Positions 34,062 to 44,404 of a stretch of 64,000 nt of DNA are shown here, piece after piece (position 1 is the stretch's first letter; the number at the start of each line of letters is the position of its first letter). The notes under the pieces are model-generated. The model was not told the DNA's origin and did not search any database. It saw only the letters and a program-made list of their open reading frames with translations. The translations under genes and the position numbers were made by a program. Origin of the DNA: Vampirovibrio chlorellavorus (GTDB taxonomy: Bacteria > Cyanobacteriota > Vampirovibrionia > Vampirovibrionales > Vampirovibrionaceae); contig NZ_QFWH01000005.1 in assembly GCF_003149375.1 (NCBI RefSeq), positions 14,004-78,003 of the forward strand, in the 5' to 3' direction.

Positions 34062-36620
34062 TTGGGATTACAGATTCGCTATGACAAGTATTCGCTGATC
34101 ATTGACGGCCAGCGTACCTTTATACGCAGCGGGGCCATGCATTACTTTCGCCTGCCCAGTCAGGCGCTTTGGCAGGATCGGCTCTTCAAGCTGAAGGCGG
34201 CAGGCTATAACGCCGTGGATTTGTATTTCTGCTGGAATTACCACAGCCCGGCCCAAGGGGTGTACGATTTCACCGGCATTCGGGATGTGCAGGAACTACT
34301 CAAAATCACGCAGGAATTGGGATTATTCGTCATTGCCCGGCCGGGCCCGTACATTAACGCGGAATACTCTGGCGGGGGCTTCCCCGGCTGGCTGCTGGCC
34401 AAGCGGCACTTGCCCCTGAGAAATCGACGGGAAGGGGCCTTTGAGTGGTCGGAGGAATATATGGCCTACGTCACCGAATGGTGGCGGCAGATCATACCGT
34501 TTATCAACGCGGCCCCCAACGTCATACTGATGCAAATTGAGAACGAGTACGCCACGCTGGAAGTGGAGCCGGATTACATGCGGGCCTTGTACGATCTCAG
34601 CCGCCAACTGGGTGTGACCGTGCCCCTGTTTCATAATGACTTGTACGTGGCGGGCCTGTACGAAGACATTGTGGATATTTATGCCTTCGACAATTACTCC
34701 GTAACCCAGTTTGAAACCGACTGGCGGGAGATGCCCGAGGTGTTTCAGGTGCTGGATCACGTGGAAGATAATTTACGCCCCTTTTGCCAGAATCGCCCGC
34801 TGATGGCCGCCGAGCTTCAGGCGGGCTGGTTTGGCACCTGGAGAGGCTACAAGTATCAGGAAATCACGGAAACCCTGGGTCGGGAGCATATTGCCCTGTC
34901 CACCAAAAGCCTGTTGGGGCAGGGGCTCACCATTTTTAACCATTACAAGGCCATTGGGGGTACCAACTGGGATTATACCGGCAGCATCGAGACTTACACC
35001 TCTTACGATTTCGGGGCCCCCATTTCGGAGACGGGCCTGAACACTGAGCGCTTGTTCGAGAGCAAGGCCCTCAACTACTTTCTGGAGAGTTTTGATCTGA
35101 GCGCCACCGAGCGGGAGGTGGATTTTCCGCTGCCCCTGTCCCACCGGGAGTGCTTCTACGCCTGTCGCTCCGTGGTGGGAGACACACAGGCCCGCTGGCT
35201 GTTTTTACGCAACCTGACCTACGAGCCCGCCACCCTGACCGTGGCAGAAGCATACCCGGTTACGGTCAATGCCTTTGAGGCGCAAATTCTGCCCCATCAG
35301 GTTCCCTTGCGCTGCGGATACCGACTGGCTTTCAGTACGGTGGAAGCCCTTCACCAGAACGAATCGCTGCTGATCCTCAAGGGCGATCGGGCGGCCACGG
35401 TCACACTCAGCCAGAACGGTCACTCGCAGCCCTTGACCGTGGAGGGCGACTCTTTGCCAAACGGGGTGGAGATCCTGAGTCAGGAGCCAGAAGCCGTGAC
35501 CCTGTACTGCCGGGAAATGCGGGATCAGGAGGCTTGCCAAGTCCAGATTGGCGCATTGACCCTGATTTTCCTGAGTAAGGATCTGGTGGATACCTTCTGG
35601 GTGGAACCGGAGGGTCATCTGGTGTTTGGCCCGGAGGCCCGACTGCCGGATCGCCAATATGGCTTGCTACTGGGGAAAACCCGGTTCTGGAGTACCGATC
35701 CAACCGCCCGGGCTCTACAGGCCCATGTGCTTGAGGCGGCTCCTCCGTTGCCCGTACCTGCCTTGCGGGACTGGCACATTTTCAATGAAGCCCCGGAGCT
35801 GACTGAATTCGAGACACTCAAGCCGGGCTTTGTGCCCGTCAGTCCTCACGGGCTGGACTTTGACAGCAACGGCATTTATGAAGGCTCCGCCTGGTATTGG
35901 GTGCCACTGGGCCGTCAACGACCCGAAACCCTGACCCTCGACGCCCGTCATATTTGGGCCGTTTATTTCAATGGGCAGCGTATCGGGCATGGGCATCAGC
36001 TGGTGGTCATTCACGGTATGGCCCATGCCGAACCTGTGGAAATTCCCGTGCCAGAGTCTCTCTGGCGGCCCAATCAGGACAACGAACTTTTGATCTTCGT
36101 CAATGGGTTGGGGCATCCCAAGGGGTTTCATGATGACGCCCAATTGCCGCAGGGCTTGCTCAGCCTATCGGTGGATGGGGTATCACAGCAGCCGTTCTGC
36201 CATATTCGGCAAGAGACCTTTAGTCGGAGTGCCTCATCATCGACCGAGAACGCTTTGGCCACGCTGGAAGGGTTTGAGGTCAGCCCGATCGTCTTGATGC
36301 AAACCCACTTTATGCTACCGGATGATCAGGGCTGTGAGACCGCATGGGGACTCAAATTGCAGGATGTGGACTTTGAGCGCATCAATATTTATCTGAACAA
36401 TGTGCTAATCGGCCGGTACTGGCGGGATTGTCGTCGGCAAGAAGTGTTTTATTTGCCCACTGGTGTTTTAAAGCAAGGCGCTGATGAGCAGAATTTGCTG
36501 GCATTGGTTTTGATCAATTTCGATCCGCCCATCGATAAGACCCGCTTGTCGCTACAGCCCCATCAGGTGGCCTTGTATCCGTATGCCACCTTGCAGAAGG
36601 CTTTACACCGAGCCGATTGA
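34062..36620 (+). CDS. glycoside hydrolase family 35 beta-galactosidase
   Basis: N-terminal IDGQRTFIRSGAMHYFRLP...LFKLKAAGYNAVDLYFCWNYHSP...PGPYINAEYSGGGFPGWL...ILMQIENEY is the GH35 catalytic signature (acid/base Glu in NEY). Confidence 0.8.
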   Translation: MGLQIRYDKYSLIIDGQRTFIRSGAMHYFRLPSQALWQDRLFKLKAAGYNAVDLYFCWNYHSPAQGVYDFTGIRDVQELLKITQELGLFVIARPGPYINAEYSGGGFPGWLLAKRHLPLRNRREGAFEWSEEYMAYVTEWWRQIIPFINAAPNVILMQIENEYATLEVEPDYMRALYDLSRQLGVTVPLFHNDLYVAGLYEDIVDIYAFDNYSVTQFETDWREMPEVFQVLDHVEDNLRPFCQNRPLMAAELQAGWFGTWRGYKYQEITETLGREHIALSTKSLLGQGLTIFNHYKAIGGTNWDYTGSIETYTSYDFGAPISETGLNTERLFESKALNYFLESFDLSATEREVDFPLPLSHRECFYACRSVVGDTQARWLFLRNLTYEPATLTVAEAYPVTVNAFEAQILPHQVPLRCGYRLAFSTVEALHQNESLLILKGDRAATVTLSQNGHSQPLTVEGDSLPNGVEILSQEPEAVTLYCREMRDQEACQVQIGALTLIFLSKDLVDTFWVEPEGHLVFGPEARLPDRQYGLLLGKTRFWSTDPTARALQAHVLEAAPPLPVPALRDWHIFNEAPELTEFETLKPGFVPVSPHGLDFDSNGIYEGSAWYWVPLGRQRPETLTLDARHIWAVYFNGQRIGHGHQLVVIHGMAHAEPVEIPVPESLWRPNQDNELLIFVNGLGHPKGFHDDAQLPQGLLSLSVDGVSQQPFCHIRQETFSRSASSSTENALATLEGFEVSPIVLMQTHFMLPDDQGCETAWGLKLQDVDFERINIYLNNVLIGRYWRDCRRQEVFYLPTGVLKQGADEQNLLALVLINFDPPIDKTRLSLQPHQVALYPYATLQKALHRAD

Positions 36621-36636
36621 CTACTAAACTAGAAGT

Positions 36637-37005
36637 ATGACTGTAATCCCCAACTTTATTTTAAAGCGCATGTACAAGGCCGGGAGTTTGCGTCGGGTGC
36701 CGGAGGGTGTCGGCTTTGACATCATCAATAACCTGGGGCCGGGACAAATCTCGCTGGTGCAGTCCATCAAGCTGAATGATCAGGTTTATGCCGCCGAGCA
36801 TCTGGTACTGGTTATCAATGGGGAATCGGTGGCCGCCACCACCATTCATGAGGACAATCCGGCCACTTTTTTCCTGAATCAGGTTATTACCTGTGTCATT
36901 CAGGACACTCAACTGGTGGCAGGGAGGTATGACTTGACGCTGGAGTTGGTGAGCCGGGAGGCTGGTAAGGTCAGCTTGTCAATCAGCGATACGTTGGCCG
37001 ATTAA
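36637..37005 (+). CDS. hypothetical protein
   Basis: 122 aa ORF directly downstream of GH35. No motif recognised. Confidence 0.3.
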   Translation: MTVIPNFILKRMYKAGSLRRVPEGVGFDIINNLGPGQISLVQSIKLNDQVYAAEHLVLVINGESVAATTIHEDNPATFFLNQVITCVIQDTQLVAGRYDLTLELVSREAGKVSLSISDTLAD

Positions 37006-37271
37006 ATCGGTGGTTCATTCGCAAGAGAGGTAGATCTGTCGGGGGATCCTGTTCGGGGAGCGATTTTGGGTTGCTTGGCTTGGGGCGATGATCCAAGATT
37101 GGGTGGCATCAGGATGGGTTACAGGCGACTAGAACTAATGTTAGTGGCTTTTGGGGGATTGGGAGCTTGAGAAGACTTGCAAGGAAGATCGTTCGCCCAG
37201 AGGGTCGTTAAAAGAAGTTAAAAACACTTTGAATTGGGCGATAGATTCTGAAAAATACAGAGCAAAATCGC

Positions 37272-37300
37272 TTGACTCTGGGATACCATTTCAGTATCTT
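37272..37300 (+). promoter_or_regulatory. candidate sigma70-type promoter for tRNA-Glu
   Basis: TTGACT, 17 bp spacer, TATCTT; ends about 20 nt upstream of the tRNA 5' end. Confidence 0.35.
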
Positions 37301-37320
37301 ATATGAACTCGCTTCTACAC

Positions 37321-37393
37321 GCCCCCATCGTCTAGAGGCCTAGGACACCTCCCTTTCACGGAGGCGACGGGGATTCGAATTCCCCTGGGGGTA
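37321..37393 (+). tRNA. tRNA-Glu (anticodon UUC)
   Basis: GCCCCCATCGTCTAGAGGCCTAGGACACCTCCCTTTCACGGAGGCGACGGGGATTCGAATTCCCCTGGGGGTA: cloverleaf with anticodon loop CTTTCAC. Very similar to the proteobacterial tRNA-Glu scaffold. CCA not encoded. Confidence 0.85.
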
Positions 37394-37411
37394 ATTATTT
37401 TTACATTTAGC

Positions 37412-37445
37412 ACCTTCGACCAATATGTCGAAGGGCTTTTTGTAT
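37412..37445 (+). terminator. intrinsic terminator downstream of tRNA-Glu
   Basis: CCTTCGAC-CAATAT-GTCGAAGG stem-loop followed by GCTTTTTG. Confidence 0.6.
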
Positions 37446-37600
37446 GTGGTGACTGAGACCCACGGCCGGTTTGTACTCAATCTTCCTATGGTGTGCATAG
37501 TCTGGCTCAGGGTTAATGTCAACCTTGTCCTTTAATCCGATGCGGATGGTATGATTCGGCGTATTCTGGTGGGGATGCTGACCAAAGGAGTCCGCTGCCA

Positions 37601-40234
37601 ATGAACAGCCAGAAATCCGAAAAGCAGACAGCAACGAACAATCCCGAGCATCGTCTGGCCTATTTCCGGGCATTGGCCTGCATGTCAGTCGCCGCGGTTC
37701 TGAAGAAGCTGAAAACCGAGACCATTGGCTTGACGGACGCCGAAGCTCAGGCGCGACTGTCTGAATACGGACTGAACGAGATCACTCGAGAACAGCGTCA
37801 TCCCTGGCTGATTCGCTTGATGATGCTGTTCAATAGCCCCTTTAATTACCTGTTAATGGTGCTTGGCCTTCTCTCCTACGTTAGCGGTAATCGATCGTCC
37901 GCCATTATGATTGCCATTATGGTATTGCTGAGCGTCCTCTTGCGCTTTATTCAGGAATCCCGATCCAATCGGGCGGCGGAAGAACTGCAAGCGCTTGTTA
38001 CCAGTCGGGTTAATGTGCGCAGGCGTCATTCCGGGGAGGATACGCAGGGCGCTTCGCAGGAAATCCCCCTGAACAATCTGGTTCCGGGCGATATTATTAC
38101 CCTGGGCCCGGGGGATCTCATTCCTGCCGATGTACGGTTGATTGAAGCCCGGGATTTGCATATTAACCAGTCCGCGCTCAGTGGGGAAGCCTTTCCGGTG
38201 GAGAAGAAAGCGGAACCGGATGGCCATACAGCCGGTAGCCTGATTGATCTGGGCAATCTCTGCTTTATGGGCACCAGTGTGGTCAGCGGCATGGCTGTGG
38301 CCGTGGCGCTGGCAACCGGCGATCAGACCTACTTTGGCAATCTGGCAGCGAAAATTGTGGAAGATGAACCGCCCACGAGCTTTGATCAGGGGATCAACAA
38401 GCTGAGCTGGCTGCTGATTCGCTTTATTACCGCCATGGTGCTGGTGATTTTTCTGATTAACGGGCTGACCAAGCACGACTGGCTAACCGCCTTGCTCTTC
38501 GCCCTGGCGGTTGGCGTGGGGCTGACACCGGAGATGCTTCCCATGATCCTCATCACCAACCTGTCGCGAGGGGCCATCGCTTTGTCGAGGCAAAAAGTGA
38601 TCGTCAAACGGCTGGCCTCCATCCAGAATTTGGGCGCTATTGACGTGCTATGCACTGACAAGACCGGTACCCTGACGCAGAACAAGGTCATTCTTTATCG
38701 GCATCTGGACCTGCACGGCCAGGAAAGTATCGAGGTTCTGAAAGCGGCGTATCTCAACAGCTATTTTGAATCAGGCCTGAAGAATCTTTTGGATGACGCC
38801 ATCATGGCCCATGCCGAGCAAGATGACGCCCTCAACATTGAAAGTGATTACGTGAAGGTGGATGAGATTCCCTTTGACTTTGAGCGTCGCCGCCTTTCCG
38901 TGGTCATTGCCCGGGAGGGCAAGCATACGCTGATCTGCAAGGGGGCCATTGAGGAAATGCTGAGTGTCTGCGTGCGCATTCACGATAAGGATCGAGAATA
39001 TCCCATTACCCCGGCAATTCGGGCGCAAATCCACAAGGACATCCAAAAGCTGGGTGAGGAGGGTTTTCGGACGATTGCCGTGGCTTGCAAAAATATGGAT
39101 GTGCCACAAAAAGCGTACACGGTTGAAGATGAGCAGGCGTTGACCTTGCTGGGATACATCGCGTTTCTGGATCCGCCCAAGGAAAGCACAGCGCAGGCCA
39201 TTTCGGCGTTAAGTCAGCTGGGAGTCACCCTTAAAATACTGACCGGCGACAACGAGTGGGTCACCCGCAAAATCTGCACCGTGGTGGGCTTGCCCATTCA
39301 GGGCATCCTGCTGGGGCGGGATATTGAATCGCTGAGTCCTGAGCAACTGGCCGAGCAAGCGGAACACACCACCATTTTTGCCAAGCTGACCCCTGAACAT
39401 AAAGAGCGGGTGATTCAGGCGATTCAGCAAAAAGGCCATGTGGTGGGTTTTCTGGGCGACGGTATCAACGACTCTCCCGCCTTGCACCGGGCCGATGTGG
39501 GTGTTTCCGTGGCAAACGCGGTGGATATCGCCCGGGAATCAGCCGATATGATTCTGCTGGAGCAAAGCCTGCTGGTTCTGAAAGACGGGGTGATTGAGGG
39601 GCGCAAGGTGTTTGGCAACATTATCAAGTACATTCGCATGACCACCAGCTCCAATTTCGGCAATGTGTTCAGCATGGTGGGGGCCAGTTTTCTGTTGCCG
39701 TTTTTGCCCATGATGCCCATCCAGATCCTGGCCCAGAACCTGTTGTACGATATTTCGCAGACGGCCATCCCCTTTGATCGGGTGGATGAAGCGTTTCTGG
39801 CCCGGCCCCATCGCTGGGAAGTCCCCAATGTGGAGCGATTCATGCTGACCTTCGGTCCGGTGAGTTCTATTTTTGATTACGTTCTTTTTGCCGTGATGTG
39901 GTTTGTCTTTCAGGCCAATACGGAACCTCGGCAGGCACTGTTCCATACCGGCTGGTTCATTGAAGGATTGCTGTCGCAAGTGCTGATCGTGCATTTCATC
40001 CGCACCGCCAGCATTCCATTCCTGCAAAGCTGGGCCGCTCCACAATTGCTGGTGATGACTGGTCTCATCATTGCCGTTGGCATTTACTTGCCGCATTCTC
40101 CGCTGGCCCCGTTTTTCGGGTTCGTAACGCTACCCGCTCATTATTTTGCCTGGCTGGTGGGTATTCTGGCCGCCTATTTTGTCCTGATCCAGGTGGTCAA
40201 GCGCTGGTTCATCGGGAAGTTCGGCTATGACTGA
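37601..40234 (+). CDS. mgtA: magnesium-translocating P-type ATPase
   Basis: 877 aa. DKTGTLT phosphorylation motif, TGDN and GDGINDSPAL hinge motifs. 10-TM topology and length typical of MgtA/MgtB. Confidence 0.85.
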   Translation: MNSQKSEKQTATNNPEHRLAYFRALACMSVAAVLKKLKTETIGLTDAEAQARLSEYGLNEITREQRHPWLIRLMMLFNSPFNYLLMVLGLLSYVSGNRSSAIMIAIMVLLSVLLRFIQESRSNRAAEELQALVTSRVNVRRRHSGEDTQGASQEIPLNNLVPGDIITLGPGDLIPADVRLIEARDLHINQSALSGEAFPVEKKAEPDGHTAGSLIDLGNLCFMGTSVVSGMAVAVALATGDQTYFGNLAAKIVEDEPPTSFDQGINKLSWLLIRFITAMVLVIFLINGLTKHDWLTALLFALAVGVGLTPEMLPMILITNLSRGAIALSRQKVIVKRLASIQNLGAIDVLCTDKTGTLTQNKVILYRHLDLHGQESIEVLKAAYLNSYFESGLKNLLDDAIMAHAEQDDALNIESDYVKVDEIPFDFERRRLSVVIAREGKHTLICKGAIEEMLSVCVRIHDKDREYPITPAIRAQIHKDIQKLGEEGFRTIAVACKNMDVPQKAYTVEDEQALTLLGYIAFLDPPKESTAQAISALSQLGVTLKILTGDNEWVTRKICTVVGLPIQGILLGRDIESLSPEQLAEQAEHTTIFAKLTPEHKERVIQAIQQKGHVVGFLGDGINDSPALHRADVGVSVANAVDIARESADMILLEQSLLVLKDGVIEGRKVFGNIIKYIRMTTSSNFGNVFSMVGASFLLPFLPMMPIQILAQNLLYDISQTAIPFDRVDEAFLARPHRWEVPNVERFMLTFGPVSSIFDYVLFAVMWFVFQANTEPRQALFHTGWFIEGLLSQVLIVHFIRTASIPFLQSWAAPQLLVMTGLIIAVGIYLPHSPLAPFFGFVTLPAHYFAWLVGILAAYFVLIQVVKRWFIGKFGYD

Positions 40235-41096
40235 AGAACAGGCACGGAAATATCCGTTTTGGGCCTGGCTCAGGGGCTTGTTTCAGAAAGTCAGTGCGGA
40301 TGATTGTCAGGGGCTTGCCGCCGAGGTGGCCTTTAACATGATTCAATCCCTTATCCCGGCCACGTTTTTCCTGATATCCCTGTTCGGTCTGTTGGGGCAG
40401 ACCAGTGTTTTTTACGCTCTGAGCGTGGACTTTATCGATGAACTGGCCCCGGCGCACACCGGCAGTCTGTTGCTTCATCTGCTTGACGCCACCATTCGGG
40501 GTAGCACCACTGGACTGACGCTGGCGGGGATGATGATTACGTTGTGGTCGGCATCCGGGAGTGGCGGTGTCATTGTCAAGGGTCTGAGACGTGCCTACGG
40601 GATTCCGGAAAAAGGCTTTCCCTTCTGGTACACGCCGATGGTATCCATTGTGCTGGTGTTACTCCTGGGCCTGATGCTGGTGGTGGCGATTTATCTCATT
40701 ATGTTTGGCGATGCCCTGATTTCCTGGCTGCATGGCCGCTTCCACTTGCCCTTCAGCGCCGTGACCCTGTTGCGTATCAGTCGCTGGCTGGTGTTGGGCT
40801 GCGGCATTACCGCCATCACCACTCTGACGTACGCCCTGATTCTGCGCCCCAAAACGGGCGGGTTTCGCTGGCGGGTCAGCCTGCCGGGCGCTGTTTTTTT
40901 TCTGATAGCCTGGGTCAGCGTGTCAGAGCTGTTCAGTCTGTACATCAACCACTTGCACCAGTTTAACCCGGTTTACGGAGCGCTGGGAGCCCTGATCATT
41001 CTGGTGACATGGCTTTATTATTCGGCGCTGATTTTCTTTGTGGGGGCTGAAATCACCGCCCGGAGAGCAGGGTCTGCGGATAAAATCGGATTTTAG
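40227..41096 (+). CDS. YihY/BrkB (virulence factor BrkB / RNase BN-like) family inner membrane protein
   Basis: 289 aa, 6 TM. N-terminal LAAEVAFNMIQSLIPATFFLISLFG matches the YihY family. Start overlaps the mgtA stop by 8 nt. Confidence 0.7.
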   Translation: MTEEQARKYPFWAWLRGLFQKVSADDCQGLAAEVAFNMIQSLIPATFFLISLFGLLGQTSVFYALSVDFIDELAPAHTGSLLLHLLDATIRGSTTGLTLAGMMITLWSASGSGGVIVKGLRRAYGIPEKGFPFWYTPMVSIVLVLLLGLMLVVAIYLIMFGDALISWLHGRFHLPFSAVTLLRISRWLVLGCGITAITTLTYALILRPKTGGFRWRVSLPGAVFFLIAWVSVSELFSLYINHLHQFNPVYGALGALIILVTWLYYSALIFFVGAEITARRAGSADKIGF

Positions 41097-41252
41097 GAAA
41101 TGATGAAAATCGGGTTAAAGTTTTTGGCAAACAGAACGATGATCCATGAAAGAGTGTTTAAAATAGTTATATCCGTTACAGGTAAAACGCGTTGGTTGAA
41201 TGTTGAATAATGTAACTCGAAGTAACTCGAAAAGCCGATTGGTGCCAATCCT

Positions 41253-44200
41253 ATGTCTACAATAGGGTCTAAAACAGGCAAAGCTGGTAAAGCCGGATTT
41301 CAGTGGACGCAATTGTTGAAAGTTGCCGGTCGCTTTCCCGTGAGGGGTAAGGGATACGGGCTGGCCATGCTCATGGTGTTTTTGGGCACCACCATGGCCA
41401 TTGGCGCCTCTTTGCAATTAATGAGTGGCCCTTTATCAGCCATTGTCATGGGCAGCGCCAGCCAGAACCGTCTGGCGGCGGAAGAACTGGCCAAAAGTGG
41501 ATTGAGGGCGGTGACCGGCCAGCTTCAGGCTTACTACAATGGCGGGCAAACCATTTCCGCTGGCCTTTCTTTCAACTCTACCAGCGCCCCGGCTTACGTT
41601 CTCATGCCCCAGAGTCCCGACAGTCCGGCTGGAGCGACCCGCTCTGTTGGTTCTTACACCAGCCGGGTTAGTTATGTGAATGGCAATACCCTGCTGGTTA
41701 TGGTAACGGCCACAGTGGGGAGCAGCCAGTCCAGCGTCAGCCAGTTATTGACCCTGACGCGGGACGCTTACCCAATGGCGTTCAACAACATTACAGGTGC
41801 CACCGCCGCTTACGGCTTGCGTCGATTAACCAGCAGCGCCGCTATTACCCGGGCCATTCGGGTACGACGGGGCAGAGACAATGCCGAAACGGACATTGGC
41901 TTTTTACCCAACGGCGATTTGGACATACCCGCCTTGATGACTTTCCTGAATGATGGTCTGACCACTTACCCCAAACCGCTGGATCGGGTGACTGGCGCAG
42001 TTCGGGCTTATAGTTTAAGGAAAATCAACACTGCCTACACGGGCAACGCCATTATCGTCAGGCGCAGTAGCGATGATGCCACCACCAACATAGGCTTTTT
42101 GCCCAATGGCGATTTGGATGCGCCCGCCCTGCTGAGCTTTTGCAAGACGGATAGTTGCTTTGTAACCGCCTGGTATGACCAGAGCGGCAATGGCCGTCAC
42201 GCCACCCAGACCACCCTGGCCGCCCAACCCCGCATTGTGAATGCGGGCGCGCTGGAGATGATCAATGGCCGGGTGGCCCTTCGATTTGATGGCGTGGATG
42301 ATACCATGCTTGGAGCCACCAACAATACAGCCAACAGTTCTTTTAATCTGGTGGTGGCTCAGGTGGACGCCGGGGCCAGCATCACTTTACAAAGCAAAGC
42401 CACTAGCGGTACGTCTGGGACTGGTGGTCAAAAGTATTTGCTGAGCCCTCCCAATGCGGGGGCCGTCAACGCGGGGACAGGAATCTCGCTGGGGGAAAAT
42501 GGGGCGGGTGTCTATGAGCATGGCAATAGTTACATGCCCTGTCTTGCAAATTCGGTCATAAGCCCCAATAGCAACGATGGCCTAGTCGTATCGTACAACT
42601 ACATCAACAAGCAGCCTTTTCTCTTTATCAATAGTAAACTGGTGGATGTGGGGTTCACCTCTCCCCGGGCCGATTTAGCGCTTCCTGTCCATGTCGGCGG
42701 CCCGCCGCCAGTTCATGCGCCCTACGGCTATTTTAAAGGAGCTGTGGGGGAATGGATTCAATACCCTACTAGTTTAACCACCGCCAACCGGCAAATGCTG
42801 GAGAACGATGAAGCCCGATATTATGACCTGACTCTGGCTGATCCGGGGTATACCCCACCGCTGGTAACCGTACCCAGTGCCACCGCCGCTTACGGCTTGC
42901 GTAGATTAATTACTGACAATACCGGAACGACTGATGATGATAAAGCCATTCAGGTGCGTCGTAGCAGTGATAACACCACCCAGATTATTGGTTTTGACCC
43001 CAAAGGAAATCTGGATCTTGCAAACTTGTACAAGTTTTGCGGGGCTGGCAGTTGTTTTGTCTCCATCTGGTACGATCAAAGCGGGAACAACCGGCACCTG
43101 ACCCAGCCCACCGCGGCCAACCAGCCTCGCATTGTGAATGCCGGGGTTTTGGATACCATTAATGGGCGACCTGCCATGCGTAACATAGGAAGCCGGATTT
43201 TGCTGGGGGCGGGTGCAAATCTCATGGCGGGAACCGGTGGGTGGTGGTATTCCACTATACTGGCCGACTATGGCAGCGTTGATACTGCGAACTTCCTGGA
43301 TCGTAACCCCGCCGGCAACAGTAATCCAATTGTGGGGTTAATGAAGGCTTCCGGGAAATTTGGGATTGTGACACGCCGGAATGATGGAACCAATCAAACT
43401 GTGCGGACAGGTTCTTATACCATTCCCAGTGATGGTACGGGTCAACTGGTTTCCTGGCAACGAGTCCGAGGGGTCGAATATACCTTGTTTGTCAATGGCC
43501 TGGTGGATGCTTCCACACCGGATACCGATACGGATATTACCCCACAGGGAGTGGCTGTTCTGGGGCATAATGAGATTGGTTATTATCCCGGTGCCAGTGC
43601 GGCCATGTCAGAACTGATTATTTATAACACCAGCGTTACCACCGCCACTCGGAACCGTCTGGAAGGCAATCAAATGGCCTATTACAACATCAACAATCAG
43701 GAGCCGGACACCGGTTTTGTGACCACCTGGTACGACCAAAGCGGCAATGGTTTCAATTTTATGCAAGGCGAGCGGGAATTACAGCCGGTGATTCGGCTGG
43801 ATAGCAAAACGGGCCGCCCCACCATTCAGTTTAATGGCTTAAACAATTACATGGCCACCGGCACCACCCTCAACTTTACCGGTACCAATGCCCGGGCACT
43901 GGTGGTGGCCAGTATGGACGGTTCTACTGGTAGTGCTGGCAGGTTGTTTGGTGGTAAAAAAAATTCGGACGTCTACGATTACGCCACGCCTGAATCGGTT
44001 TCCTTCCTGCGCCGTTACGGCGCTACCAATCAACTGTTTAGTTACCGAAATAACGCCACGCTGGGCATATCTCCGGCCTTTACCCTGAACCAGCCCTTTC
44101 AGGCCACCTCTGTTTTTAATGGCAGTTCCCATCAAATTCGCGTTAATGGAGTCAATGGTACCTCTGTAGCCAGCAGCGGCTCCTTTGGCATCAACCAGCT

Positions 44201-44345
44201 CTGGCTGGGCGGCGCGCCTTTTCTCTTTCTGGGGGATCTCTGGGCCGGTGGGGTCAGCGAGATTCTTCTCTATCCCAACGCCATGAACGCGGTCCCATTG
44301 GCGCAGCTGGAGCAGGATCAGCGCAGTTACTATGGTACCCCCTGA
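41253..44345 (+). CDS. large surface protein with N-terminal hydrophobic (PilX-N-like or signal) segment and at least three LamG/concanavalin-like lectin-type repeats
   Basis: Repeated modules A(Y)GLRRL...AI.VRRSSD....IGF.P.G.LD...L..FC....CFV..WYDQSGN..H.TQ......QPRIVNAG (three or more copies). The D.SGNGNH motif is characteristic of LamG_3-type domains. Confidence 0.5.
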   Translation: MSTIGSKTGKAGKAGFQWTQLLKVAGRFPVRGKGYGLAMLMVFLGTTMAIGASLQLMSGPLSAIVMGSASQNRLAAEELAKSGLRAVTGQLQAYYNGGQTISAGLSFNSTSAPAYVLMPQSPDSPAGATRSVGSYTSRVSYVNGNTLLVMVTATVGSSQSSVSQLLTLTRDAYPMAFNNITGATAAYGLRRLTSSAAITRAIRVRRGRDNAETDIGFLPNGDLDIPALMTFLNDGLTTYPKPLDRVTGAVRAYSLRKINTAYTGNAIIVRRSSDDATTNIGFLPNGDLDAPALLSFCKTDSCFVTAWYDQSGNGRHATQTTLAAQPRIVNAGALEMINGRVALRFDGVDDTMLGATNNTANSSFNLVVAQVDAGASITLQSKATSGTSGTGGQKYLLSPPNAGAVNAGTGISLGENGAGVYEHGNSYMPCLANSVISPNSNDGLVVSYNYINKQPFLFINSKLVDVGFTSPRADLALPVHVGGPPPVHAPYGYFKGAVGEWIQYPTSLTTANRQMLENDEARYYDLTLADPGYTPPLVTVPSATAAYGLRRLITDNTGTTDDDKAIQVRRSSDNTTQIIGFDPKGNLDLANLYKFCGAGSCFVSIWYDQSGNNRHLTQPTAANQPRIVNAGVLDTINGRPAMRNIGSRILLGAGANLMAGTGGWWYSTILADYGSVDTANFLDRNPAGNSNPIVGLMKASGKFGIVTRRNDGTNQTVRTGSYTIPSDGTGQLVSWQRVRGVEYTLFVNGLVDASTPDTDTDITPQGVAVLGHNEIGYYPGASAAMSELIIYNTSVTTATRNRLEGNQMAYYNINNQEPDTGFVTTWYDQSGNGFNFMQGERELQPVIRLDSKTGRPTIQFNGLNNYMATGTTLNFTGTNARALVVASMDGSTGSAGRLFGGKKNSDVYDYATPESVSFLRRYGATNQLFSYRNNATLGISPAFTLNQPFQATSVFNGSSHQIRVNGVNGTSVASSGSFGINQLWLGGAPFLFLGDLWAGGVSEILLYPNAMNAVPLAQLEQDQRSYYGTP

Positions 44346-44404
44346 CACCTCAGGAGATCTTCACCATCAAGCCCTTTAACCGGAGTCGTGAGGACAAGCA
44401 GCCA

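Noticed and set aside
37394-37600. M-box or Mg2+ riboswitch upstream of mgtA
   Set aside because: I could not recognise the conserved M-box segments by eye. Kept only as a low-interest leader observation.
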